From the IMG/VR virus record IMGVR_UViG_2724679537_000002, positions 5,485-69,484 of that record: a stretch of 64,000 nt of DNA. The stretch is one strand, 5' to 3'. Each line of letters opens with the position of its first letter. Within the stretch, counting starts at the first letter, position 1. Source of the DNA: a virus (lineage: Duplodnaviria; Caudoviricetes). Below the pieces are notes generated by a model that saw nothing but the letters and a program-made list of their open reading frames with translations, had not been told where the DNA came from and made no database searches. A program made the position numbers and the translations under genes. This document shows positions 1-8,860 of this stretch, piece after piece.

Positions 1-930
1 GCACCCCTTCAGCCGCCATCGGCTCAACCCGCCTCTGCGTTCACCCAGACGGAAGCTGCCGAACGGCTGCGGCAGTTTGACCAGCTCGCCGTCGCGCCCC
101 ATCTTCCATCCGACCCCTGGCTGGTCGGATATGACGCGCCCGCACCACGGGTAGCGCAGCGCGCTGTCCTTCTGCATCAAGAAGCGGCGGCTCAGCCAGC
201 TCTCGACATAGAGCACGAAGCGCAGCCAGAACTTGAAGGTCGGCACCAGGCGAGCCGGAATCACGGCGCGGATCACCTCCAGCAAGCCGCTGGTGGCCGG
301 CCGGTTGTCGCCGGCCAGAGTGTGAGCGCTCGCCGCAATGGCCTCCAGGCCCAGCAGAATCTCCACGCGGGAGGTCAGGAACAGCTGGCTCTCGTCGGGC
401 TTGTACTCGGGCTGCGCTTCGTCGCCACGAATAATCAGCTCACCTAGCCCCCAGGAGCCGTCCAGCTTGAGGCCTGGCTGGCCCAGGAAGTTGAAGAAGA
501 AGGGGTCGCGAGGCTCGTTGAGGATGAAGGCGTCGCCGTAGGGGAAGCGCTTGTCGTGCCACAGCTGCTTGGCCTCGGAGGTGCCAGGGAACAGCAGTTG
601 CAGGTAGGTGCGCAGGAAGTGCAGGCCGCGCTTCTGCACGTCGCCCGACTTCCAGGCCCGGTACAGGTAGCGGGTAGCCGCCTCCTCGCGCTCGCCCTTC
701 AGCAACACCAGGCCGTCATGGTTCACCGTGCGGCGGACCAACTCGAAGCTACCCAGGTGAGGCGTGCCCAGCACGCTGGCGTCGAAGGTGTCGTGGGCGA
801 CCCCCTCGAACAGCTCGCCGAACAGCGTCTTCAGCTCATCCTCGATCTGCCCGTTGGCGAAGCTCTCGCGCAGCGGGGCTATGTCGGGCAGGCGCGCCCC
901 GGGGAAGTCGAACTCGTCACTGGTGCTCAA
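1..930 (-). CDS. Baseplate/tail protein, 3'-truncated by window edge (not in ORF track)
   Basis: TTG start overlapping the TGA of the upstream gene; reads MSTSDEFDFPGARLPD...RGLHFLRTYLQLLFP and appears open to position 1; follows the baseplate J-like gene. Confidence 0.65.
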   Translation of the reverse strand, partial: MSTSDEFDFPGARLPDIAPLRESFANGQIEDELKTLFGELFEGVAHDTFDASVLGTPHLGSFELVRRTVNHDGLVLLKGEREEAATRYLYRAWKSGDVQKRGLHFLRTYLQLLFPGTSEAKQLWHDKRFPYGDAFILNEPRDPFFFNFLGQPGLKLDGSWGLGELIIRGDEAQPEYKPDESQLFLTSRVEILLGLEAIAASAHTLAGDNRPATSGLLEVIRAVIPARLVPTFKFWLRFVLYVESWLSRRFLMQKDSALRYPWCGRVISDQPGVGWKMGRDGELVKLPQPFGSFRLGERRGGLSRWRLKGC

Positions 931-2426
931 AACCCTGACCCCCAGAACGGCACGTTGACGTTACCGGCGGAGACACCGACCTCCAGGCTCTCCGGCGAGA
1001 CGTAGCGCCACAGCTCGGGACGGCTGTCGCTGGTCTCGCCGCCGATGTCGACACGCAGGTCGGCGCGCCCCACGCTCAGAGCCGGCACGCGCTGGCGGAG
1101 GACCTGGTAGACCTGCTGATAGAGGGGTGTCGTGTTGCCACGCCGGGACTGGTCGGCCTGTTCGCCGAACTCCTCGAGCATGACCTGACGAACCTGCTCC
1201 TTGACCACGCCCTCGTCGTAGCTGGTGGCCACCGTAGCGACGATGGTGACCGGAAGCGGCGCCCGGATGGCGGAGTAGAAGCGGATCCGGTAACTGTCGT
1301 CGGCGGCATGGATCTTGTCGCGGATGGCGCGATGGGTGGCGGTCAACTCCTCCTCGGCAAGCTCGATGGGCCCCACCGTCTCGCCGGGCGCCTGGCTCAG
1401 CACGGGCTCGCCGCCATCGGCCGACAGGCAGGCCACGAACAGGGCGTTCATGTTGTCCACGCTCATGCCACGGTGGCGCTCCTCCACGCCCTCGTTCCAG
1501 ACCGACAGGAACTGCAAGGAGGGGAAGTGGCGGCGCACCAGGAAGTCGAACTCGCCCAGGAAAACGGCATTGTGGTTGTAGACACTGGGGTACTTGGCCA
1601 GCTCGCGCAGCGTGCGCATGGAGGGTGGGTCCTCGCCGTTGGAGAGAACCTCCTGCAGGGTCATCTCGACCTGTGCTTCGGCCGGATCCTGCATGGTCGC
1701 GAAGGCCATCGGCGAACCGGGGGAGAAGCCGTCGATGCGCCCCAGCGAGTAGTAGGTGGTCAGCGTCAGCTCCAGCCCCTCGTCGGGCTGCACGCCAACC
1801 ACGCCCGCCTGGCCAAAGCGCACGTAGACACGCTGCTGCTCGTCGGCCTCGACGTGGTAGACGCGCTCATCGGCCAGGGTGTTGGTGTAGCGCTCGCGGT
1901 GGGCGTAGGCGCCCTGCACGTCGGTCACGTGTAAGCCGCACAGCCAGGAATCGTCATCGGCCATGTCGAGCTCGACGGCATAGAAGGCCCGGCTCTCCTG
2001 AACGGTGTGCGTGCTCGCCTTCTCGTGCAGCTGCACGGCCTCGAAGGTCACGGTGTCGCCCGGGGCGGCGTCGACGGGCGTCTCGACGCGAAACGGCCGA
2101 CCACTAGCGTCCACCATGGGGCGGCCAGGGCTTGCCGAGAAGGCGCTCGCGCTGGCGTTGTGCAGGCGCACGCTCACGCGCGCGGGCTGAGACTTGGGCA
2201 CCAGGCCACGCATGGACGCATCGGCCAGCACCGTGGCGTCGCGAACTTTCTCGAAGGGCTCGGCCTGCGCCACCTCCAGCTGCTGAGAGTACATGGCCAG
2301 CATCGTGGCCATCGCGTCGAGATGCTGAAGGATGCGCGGGTCGCGGGCGCGGTACAGCGCACCGACCGCCGGATAGCGGGCGATGCTGTCCTCAATCGCC
2401 TGCTGAAAGTCTTCACGGGTCAGCAT
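927..2426 (-). CDS. Baseplate wedge protein (J/BplA-like)
   Basis: 499 aa; motif FEKVRDATVLADASMRG, RFG...G..P segment; position in baseplate cluster. Confidence 0.7.
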   Translation of the reverse strand: MLTREDFQQAIEDSIARYPAVGALYRARDPRILQHLDAMATMLAMYSQQLEVAQAEPFEKVRDATVLADASMRGLVPKSQPARVSVRLHNASASAFSASPGRPMVDASGRPFRVETPVDAAPGDTVTFEAVQLHEKASTHTVQESRAFYAVELDMADDDSWLCGLHVTDVQGAYAHRERYTNTLADERVYHVEADEQQRVYVRFGQAGVVGVQPDEGLELTLTTYYSLGRIDGFSPGSPMAFATMQDPAEAQVEMTLQEVLSNGEDPPSMRTLRELAKYPSVYNHNAVFLGEFDFLVRRHFPSLQFLSVWNEGVEERHRGMSVDNMNALFVACLSADGGEPVLSQAPGETVGPIELAEEELTATHRAIRDKIHAADDSYRIRFYSAIRAPLPVTIVATVATSYDEGVVKEQVRQVMLEEFGEQADQSRRGNTTPLYQQVYQVLRQRVPALSVGRADLRVDIGGETSDSRPELWRYVSPESLEVGVSAGNVNVPFWGSGF

Positions 2427-2728
2427 TACCGGGAGTCCTCGAAGTCATTGAGGTCGTAGGAGCGCCCAGCAACGTCCAGGGTCAGGCGCAGCCGGTCGAC
2501 TCCCTCGGGGGTGCCGTACAGCGACACCGCACTATTGGGCAGCACCTCGAGCACGCTGACGTCCTGCTTCAACTTGCGCACGAAGCTGTCGGCCTGCCCC
2601 TCGGACTGGGCACGCTGCAGCAAGCTCTTGGCGTCGGCGCCGTACCCGGAACCCAGGTAGCCGTTGACTGGCGTTTCCAGCCAGTGGCGCACCATCGCTT
2701 GAATGTCATCGCCGGTTATCGTCGTCAT
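2426..2728 (-). CDS. Baseplate protein, gp25/W-like
   Basis: 100 aa; WLETPVNGYLGSGYG motif, immediately upstream of J-like gene. Confidence 0.65.
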   Translation of the reverse strand: MTTITGDDIQAMVRHWLETPVNGYLGSGYGADAKSLLQRAQSEGQADSFVRKLKQDVSVLEVLPNSAVSLYGTPEGVDRLRLTLDVAGRSYDLNDFEDSR

Positions 2729-2734
2729 GGCGCC

Positions 2735-2775
2735 ATGCTATGCCGGCGCCCGCCTTCCCCGGAGGCGGCTTTTCC
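2735..2775 (-). promoter_or_regulatory. Putative late promoter GGAAAA-N29-TAGCAT
   Basis: Same spacing at seven sites. Confidence 0.7.
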
Positions 2776-2778
2776 GCC

Positions 2779-5700
2779 TCAGGTCATGCCACTGTAGGCG
2801 CCGGTGACGATATGGGCGATGCGACGATCCGGCACGTCGCGACTGACATCCTGCGGCCCGCGGGACGGCTGGCGGGCGTCGCCCTGCCCCTTCGGCGAGG
2901 TCATCGGCGCGCTGACGGTTGGCGCCTCGGCCACAGACGGCGCACGCGGTGCGGCAATGGTGGCGGGCGGTTGCGGCGAGACGCCCACCGGCGGATGGGC
3001 GGGGGTCAATCCCAGGGCGGCCAGGTGGTCGGTCCTCACCGTGGCGGACGCCGTGGCCGTCGCAGGCGCGGGCGCGCTCACAGGCTCGCCGGCCGGCGAT
3101 GACACCACCTCGGCCACTGACGGCGGTGCGCCGGGCGATGGCGAGACGCTGAACTCGCCGGCGCGGGCTGCGGCCAGGTACTCGTCCGTTGCCGCCTGGC
3201 GGTCGGCCAGGCCATTGGCGCCGCCATTGATCAGGCGCGTGACCTCACGGGTATCGCCCTGCTTGGCCGCTTCCGACAGGCCGTCGCGGCTCTGCCAGTA
3301 CCAGGTGGCGATTCGCGCCGCCACCTCGGGGTCGGCCGCCAGGTCGGGGTTGTTCACCAGGTCGACGCCCAGCGCTTCGCTGGCGGCGGTATAGTTGTCG
3401 CGCCCGGTCAGCTGCGTGAAGCCGCGTCCACGATAGCGGTAGCCGTCGCCGGCCTCGGTATTGCCCATGCGGCCGCCGTACATGAGCTCGGCGACCGCCT
3501 CCGGGCCCTGCGCCATCGCCGCCTCAACCGCTTCACGCCCCTGGTTGCGAGCCGTGGCGCTGACTTCCATGATCCGGTCGGCGCTGCGGTAGCTGAAGCT
3601 CTCCTCCATGGTGCGAAAGCCGCCGGACTCGTGGTGCATCTGCCCCATGAAGGCCGCCTGCTCGTTGGGGTCGGTGATGCCGGCCTCGGCCATGGCCTGC
3701 GTCAGGGCGGGAACGGCAGACGCCTCGTTGTGAGCGTTGCGCACCATGCCCACGACCGACGAAATGCCGGTCCTCTCGCCTACCCAGCTCGCCCCGGAGG
3801 AGAGGCGATTACCCAGCCAGCCGGCGGCGCGCTCGAAGCGGTCCGCGGCTGCCTCGGCTCTGTCGGCCGTCCAGGCAGCGGCGGCGTCAGCGCGCTCGCC
3901 GGCCCAGTCGGCAGCACTGCCCGCGCGCTCGGAGACCCACTCGGACGTCTCGATGGCACGGTCAGAGACCCATTGCCCGGTTTCGCGGGCGGTTTCCGCC
4001 ACGTCGACGCCGGTCTTCTCGGCAATCCATGCATTGGCGCCTTCCGCCATGTCGGTCAGCGCCCCCCAGCCCTCGGCGGCCAGGCTGACGGCGCTGTCCC
4101 ACAGCCCCTTCATCTCATCGGTGACTGCCGTCCAGCGCTCGGCGATGGTGTTCGATAGCGCCTCCCAGCGCTCGGACAGGCCCTGCGTGGCGGAATCCCA
4201 CAGGCTGCTGAAGGTGGCGGTCGCCGACTCCCAGCGCGCCGACACGCCCTCGCTGGTCTGCTCCCAGAGGCTCGACATGAAGGTGGTGGCGTACTCCCAG
4301 CGCTGGGCGAGGCCCTGGACCAGGTTGGACTTGCGAAGGTCGGTAACCCAGCCGCCGACCTTCTCGCCGACGAGCTCACCGGCATTGCCGCCGAAGAAAC
4401 CACCTGCCGCGGCGCCGATGATGCCGCCGATGGCGGTGCCTATGCCCGGCACCACGGAGCCGATGGCCGCGCCTGCCGCGGCGCCGCCGGCCATGCCGCC
4501 AATGCCGCCCAGGCCGCCACCGATGGCGCGCCCGGTCATGACATCCTTCTCGGCCCGGCTGGCATCGCTGCTTTCGCTGGCTGCGATGTCGCTGGCCATG
4601 AACCCCAGGCCCAGCAGCGCACCAATGCCGGGTATGCGGCGTGCCCCGCCTTTCAGCAGACGGCCGAATCGCCCGCCACTGCCACCACCCTGAGGCGAGG
4701 CCGACGCGGCCCTCGACGGGGAACCACCCCCCTGGCCCGGCGGTCGCGACGCAGCGGTACCAGCGGCGCCCGCCCTGGCGGCGGCGCGTCCTGCCGGCCC
4801 GCCACCGCCGCGCCGTGGCGTGGTGCGCCCGCTGCCGGGCACGGTCATGCGTCGCGCCACGCGACCAAGCCCCAGGGCGGTCAGCAATGCCTTGAGGCCA
4901 GTGATCACCGCTCCGGCCAGGGCGATCGGCAGGCCACCCAGCAACGACAGCATGCTGGTGACGGGGATCAGCAGCAGCATGAGGCCGCGCCAAAGTATGG
5001 ACCCGCTGTCGCCACCGGTCGGCTTGCGCTCGATGTTCTTCAGTATGCGGCGCTGTCGCTTACCCTCCTCGCGATCCTCGCGGCGAGAGCCGCGCATCAT
5101 CGTCCAGAAGCGGCGATACCAGCGCTCCTGTTTGCGGTCGCCGCCGTCGCCCATGATCTTGCTGAAGCCACGGGACAGCGGCTGGGCGACCTCGTTGAAC
5201 GCTTTGACGGCAGGGTCGGCCTCTTCGGTGCCGGCACCGACCTCTTGCAGGGCACCGCTCAATCGGTCGCTGAGCCCGTCGATGGAGCGCGACAGCAGGC
5301 CGGGCTCGTCATCACCGACCGCATCGCGCCCGCCACCTCCGACGAAGCGGCCATCGGGGCCACGCCCACCTTCCTCCCCGGGGCGCGTCTCGGACAGGTC
5401 GCGGCCTGGCGATGTCGTTGCGCCACGGGCGGCAAAGCGGCCGCTGGCATCGCGCTCACGCTGCGGCGTGATGGCAGCAACCGTCGGCGTCGCCCGGGGA
5501 GAAGATTCCGCGCCCTGCGCGGGAGTGCCCGCCGATGCCGACGCCTGAGGCGTGTCGGCGCCCGCCTGCCCCGCCAGACTGGTCGTCTCGGTCTCGATGC
5601 TGCGCTCGGTCTCGATGCTGCGATAGACGTATCGCCCAGGCTCCCGGCGCTCAGGGGGCGTGGCGGCGATGGCTGGCCGGTCGATGCGGATCACCACTTC

Positions 5701-5946
5701 GTCGCGACGCGCCTCGGCATCGGGCCGAGATGCCGCGTTTTCGGGGCGGACGATCGACACGGCGCCGGACGCGCCCTCGGCGGCACCGGCGGACGGCGCC
5801 CGAGGCCCCTCCCCGGGGCGCGTCTCGGACAGGTCGCGGCGTAGCTCGCGAATCTCGTCGCGGATAGCGTCTAGGCGGCCGGCGATGTCGTCGGCTTCCA
5901 GGCGCTCGCCTACCAAGAATCCTGCATTATCGTGCTTCAGTACCAT
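2779..5946 (-). CDS. Tape measure protein with C-terminal GH19 (chitinase/lysozyme-like) domain
   Basis: 1055 aa, Ala/Gly-rich, hydrophobic segments, Trp-periodic helical repeats; HESGGF, YRGRGFTQLTGRDNY and INGG motifs typical of GH19. Confidence 0.85.
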   Translation of the reverse strand: MVLKHDNAGFLVGERLEADDIAGRLDAIRDEIRELRRDLSETRPGEGPRAPSAGAAEGASGAVSIVRPENAASRPDAEARRDEVVIRIDRPAIAATPPERREPGRYVYRSIETERSIETETTSLAGQAGADTPQASASAGTPAQGAESSPRATPTVAAITPQRERDASGRFAARGATTSPGRDLSETRPGEEGGRGPDGRFVGGGGRDAVGDDEPGLLSRSIDGLSDRLSGALQEVGAGTEEADPAVKAFNEVAQPLSRGFSKIMGDGGDRKQERWYRRFWTMMRGSRREDREEGKRQRRILKNIERKPTGGDSGSILWRGLMLLLIPVTSMLSLLGGLPIALAGAVITGLKALLTALGLGRVARRMTVPGSGRTTPRRGGGGPAGRAAARAGAAGTAASRPPGQGGGSPSRAASASPQGGGSGGRFGRLLKGGARRIPGIGALLGLGFMASDIAASESSDASRAEKDVMTGRAIGGGLGGIGGMAGGAAAGAAIGSVVPGIGTAIGGIIGAAAGGFFGGNAGELVGEKVGGWVTDLRKSNLVQGLAQRWEYATTFMSSLWEQTSEGVSARWESATATFSSLWDSATQGLSERWEALSNTIAERWTAVTDEMKGLWDSAVSLAAEGWGALTDMAEGANAWIAEKTGVDVAETARETGQWVSDRAIETSEWVSERAGSAADWAGERADAAAAWTADRAEAAADRFERAAGWLGNRLSSGASWVGERTGISSVVGMVRNAHNEASAVPALTQAMAEAGITDPNEQAAFMGQMHHESGGFRTMEESFSYRSADRIMEVSATARNQGREAVEAAMAQGPEAVAELMYGGRMGNTEAGDGYRYRGRGFTQLTGRDNYTAASEALGVDLVNNPDLAADPEVAARIATWYWQSRDGLSEAAKQGDTREVTRLINGGANGLADRQAATDEYLAAARAGEFSVSPSPGAPPSVAEVVSSPAGEPVSAPAPATATASATVRTDHLAALGLTPAHPPVGVSPQPPATIAAPRAPSVAEAPTVSAPMTSPKGQGDARQPSRGPQDVSRDVPDRRIAHIVTGAYSGMT
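5373..5840. repeat. 33-bp direct repeat within tape measure gene (5373-5405 and 5808-5840)
   Basis: CCTCCCCGGGGCGCGTCTCGGACAGGTCGCGGC twice, encoding RDLSETRPGE. Confidence 0.85.
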
Positions 5947-5948
5947 GG

Positions 5949-6854
5949 CTACGGACTCATGAAGGTGTCTAGCTGTGTAAAGGTCATCTGCAGCTCCTCC
6001 ATGGCGTCTTCACGGCGCGAAAGGCTGGTCTCGCAAGATTGGGCACGGCATAGCATGGGCCCAGCAAAGGCGCCGACATCGCCGACAAAGGCATGCTGCA
6101 CCGTGATCACGATGGCGTAGTCAGCCGGTACGCCGAAGGTCCCGTCCTGCGCGGCCATGGCAACAATGTGCTCAAGAAACCAGCGCTTGAGCAGCCCGGT
6201 GCGGTCATCCATGGTGGTGATGCGGATCGCCCCCGCCTCTCGCTGCTGCAGTGTGTCAACCAGGGCGCTGCCAGCGCGGGATTTGCCGCCGGTCACCTCG
6301 CCGTAGCCGCGCTCGATATCCGTGCAGAACAGATTGAACTCATGCGAGTAGTCGCCTACCAGATTGCTCTGCACCTTGAGAAGGAACAGATTCTTCTTGG
6401 CGCGCCGGGCATCGATGGCTTCCTGGTAGATGCGCTTGGCCTCGGACGGCGTGATACCGCCGTACAGCATGTTGACCCCGCTCCAGTAGCGGCCCTGGCT
6501 GGCCTGGCCGCCCAGCAGGTTGCCCAGCGCGTCGCCGGCCAGGCCGGACTCCAGCGCGGTCAGGATCCCGCCCTCGATATCGCCGCCGGCGATCTGACTG
6601 GCGGCCTGCGCGCCGGCATTGATGGTGTTGCGCATGCCGGGCGGGATGTGGCTGTTCATCGCCCGACTGACGGCCCGCCCGCCCATGGCGGCGCCCGCCT
6701 GGCTGACGGCGCTGGCCAGCTTGCCGCCGCCGGCTAGGCTGCCGACCTGTTCGCCGATGCTGCTGGCCCCGCTGCGTATCGCGCCGTCGGCCTGACCAAG
6801 AGCGTTGCCGCTGGCCCCGGCTGCCGATATTTTGTCGAACAGGCTCATGGCCAC
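5949..6854 (-). CDS. Tail tube initiator/baseplate tube-like protein
   Basis: 301 aa; C-terminal beta-rich tube-like segment (ETSLSRREDAMEELQMTFTQ); next to tape measure. Confidence 0.5.
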   Translation of the reverse strand: MAMSLFDKISAAGASGNALGQADGAIRSGASSIGEQVGSLAGGGKLASAVSQAGAAMGGRAVSRAMNSHIPPGMRNTINAGAQAASQIAGGDIEGGILTALESGLAGDALGNLLGGQASQGRYWSGVNMLYGGITPSEAKRIYQEAIDARRAKKNLFLLKVQSNLVGDYSHEFNLFCTDIERGYGEVTGGKSRAGSALVDTLQQREAGAIRITTMDDRTGLLKRWFLEHIVAMAAQDGTFGVPADYAIVITVQHAFVGDVGAFAGPMLCRAQSCETSLSRREDAMEELQMTFTQLDTFMSP

Positions 6855-8389
6855 CCCTGGCCGCCGCCGCCTTCATCCTTGCCCATCTCCGCCAGCTCGG
6901 CGTAGAGCTTGGCCTGCTCCTCGTCCAACTGCATGGTGTCGGTCAGGAAGGCCTCCATGATCCGCTTGTCGGCGCCCATGTCGCGCATGGCACCGATGGC
7001 CTGCGTCAGACCGATGCCGACGCTCATGCCGTCGTTGAGGGTGCGCTGACGCTCGGCCTCGAGCGCGGAGATGGAGCCGTAAAAGTTGATCTTCCACGGT
7101 CGCTCGCTGGCCGGGAAGACCATGCCGTAGCGCTTCAGGGTGTGCATGTCGATGATGTGGTTAAAGGACTCGGCCAGGGCTACGCGGATCACGCGGGCGC
7201 TCTCGGCTGCCTGCGCGGACGTGCGGAAGAACCCGCCTTCACCTAGCCCACCGCTCATCTGGTCGGCGAAGCCAATCATCGACAGGTCGACGCCGATGGC
7301 GCCGGAAAGCAGGCGGGCGTGCAGCATGACGTCCTCGATGCTGATGCGGTCGGAGCGCCCGTTCTGTCCACCGCCCTCCATCCGCGTCAGCTGCTTTTCG
7401 CCAAACACGGGGATGACGTGGCGCACGCGCTCCATGATGGGCCGGCCGCCCTTCACCGCCTCCTCGGCGATCTCCTTGGAGCGCGTCAGCATGTCCTTGA
7501 TGGAGCCCATGAACTTCTTCTGCATGTCCTGCGACATGTCGTTGAGGTTCACGGTCAGCATCTGTTCGTCGATCGAGTCCATCCAGCGCTGGCCGACTAG
7601 GCCCAGTAGGCTGGCCGTCAGCTTGTCGTAGGGCTCCTCGGCGGGATAGATCAGCGAGCCGCCGGCCATGGCGGGCATCAGCGGCAGGTCGTTGACGTCA
7701 TCGGTGCTTAGGGCCAGCTTCAGCGACTTCTCAAACACGCCGTGCTGCGGCACCCACTGGCTGCGTGGCATCTTGAGGCGCGCCATCTGCGTGGTGTCCA
7801 GGCGCTGGAAGTTGCGCTCGCCGGTGTAGATGGCATAGCCCACGGTGCGGCTGCCGCGGTCGAACGGCTGCACCAGGGGAGGCCTGACCAGCTCGTCCAC
7901 GTAGAGGTCGACGACACCACGCTTGTCCGTGTAGATGCGGGCGTAGCTGTCGCCGAACACGCTGCCCAGGTAGGCCATGGGGTAGGCGGACCGATTGAGG
8001 ATGCCGGACAGGTCCTCGCGGATCTCCTCCACGATCTTGCCCAGCTGTTCGTTCTGCTCGGCGGCCGGGCGCTTCTCGATGAAGACGATATCGCCCGACG
8101 TCTCGTGCCCGCCCAGAGCGGAGGTCACCAGCAGTTTGATGGCGGACGACACGATGGGGTCGGCCTCCATCTGCGCCCACTTGTCGTAGATGGCCTGTCG
8201 CGTGCGCGCCTGGCGTGACCCCGACGCCAGCAGGCTCGCGACCGTGGTCGTGCCGGCACCATAGAGCATGGTGTCGGACGGCGATATTTCGTGGCTCTCG
8301 GGGAGGTACTCGTTCTCCCACTTCTTGGCACCAATGCCGAGTCGTGAGAGAAGCCCTCGCCGATGCCCAGTGGAAGATGATTTAGGCAT
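6845..8389 (-). CDS. Portal protein (P1 Prt/T4 gp20-like)
   Basis: ~514 aa; YDKWAQMEADPIVSSAI and FGDSYAR motifs; start placed at ATG 8389 based on the promoter position. Confidence 0.8.
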   Translation of the reverse strand: MPKSSSTGHRRGLLSRLGIGAKKWENEYLPESHEISPSDTMLYGAGTTTVASLLASGSRQARTRQAIYDKWAQMEADPIVSSAIKLLVTSALGGHETSGDIVFIEKRPAAEQNEQLGKIVEEIREDLSGILNRSAYPMAYLGSVFGDSYARIYTDKRGVVDLYVDELVRPPLVQPFDRGSRTVGYAIYTGERNFQRLDTTQMARLKMPRSQWVPQHGVFEKSLKLALSTDDVNDLPLMPAMAGGSLIYPAEEPYDKLTASLLGLVGQRWMDSIDEQMLTVNLNDMSQDMQKKFMGSIKDMLTRSKEIAEEAVKGGRPIMERVRHVIPVFGEKQLTRMEGGGQNGRSDRISIEDVMLHARLLSGAIGVDLSMIGFADQMSGGLGEGGFFRTSAQAAESARVIRVALAESFNHIIDMHTLKRYGMVFPASERPWKINFYGSISALEAERQRTLNDGMSVGIGLTQAIGAMRDMGADKRIMEAFLTDTMQLDEEQAKLYAELAEMGKDEGGGGQGWP

Positions 8390-8395
8390 GGCCCG

Positions 8396-8436
8396 ATGGT
8401 GGGCCATGCCAGAGCAGGATCAGCGGGGCGTTTTCC
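8396..8436 (-). promoter_or_regulatory. Putative late promoter GGAAAA-N29-CACCAT
   Basis: Upstream of portal. Confidence 0.65.
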
Positions 8437-8439
8437 GGC

Positions 8440-8859
8440 TTAGGTGTCGGCTAGGCGGGATTCCATGTCCTCGTCTTCCAGGGTGTAGGTGGCGCCGGTC
8501 TCGCCATCCAGGATGAACTGGTTGGTGCCCACCGCCTGCGTGGCCAGGTGGCGGGTGCGGAACTCGTCGGCCATGACGATGGTCTCGGCCGGCGTCTCGC
8601 CCTGGTAAATGGCACGCACCATCGGGTCGTCGCGCTCACCCAGATCCCGGCCGCTGTCGATCAGCAGCGCCTTAAGCGCCCACCAGTAGGGCCCATAGTC
8701 CCGGTACCGAAGCGGATCCTTGGCCAGGCGGCGCTCGACCACTCCCAGCGCGAAGCCGGGGAAGTCTGAAAAGCCGCGATTCTCCTTGAGGGCGGCGGCC
8801 CGCTGCCGGGCCAGCGCCTTGATCTCGTTCTCGTCGAACAGGTGTTCCGTGAATGCCAT
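8440..8859 (-). CDS. Hypothetical protein directly downstream of DarB-like gene
   Basis: 139 aa ORF, 1 nt after darB stop; YGPYWWALK motif. Confidence 0.7.
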   Translation of the reverse strand: MAFTEHLFDENEIKALARQRAAALKENRGFSDFPGFALGVVERRLAKDPLRYRDYGPYWWALKALLIDSGRDLGERDDPMVRAIYQGETPAETIVMADEFRTRHLATQAVGTNQFILDGETGATYTLEDEDMESRLADT

Positions 8860-8860
8860 G

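Noticed and set aside
5587-5622. 18-bp tandem repeat (RSIETE x2) in the tape measure gene
   Set aside because: Ordinary in-frame duplication in a low-complexity region.
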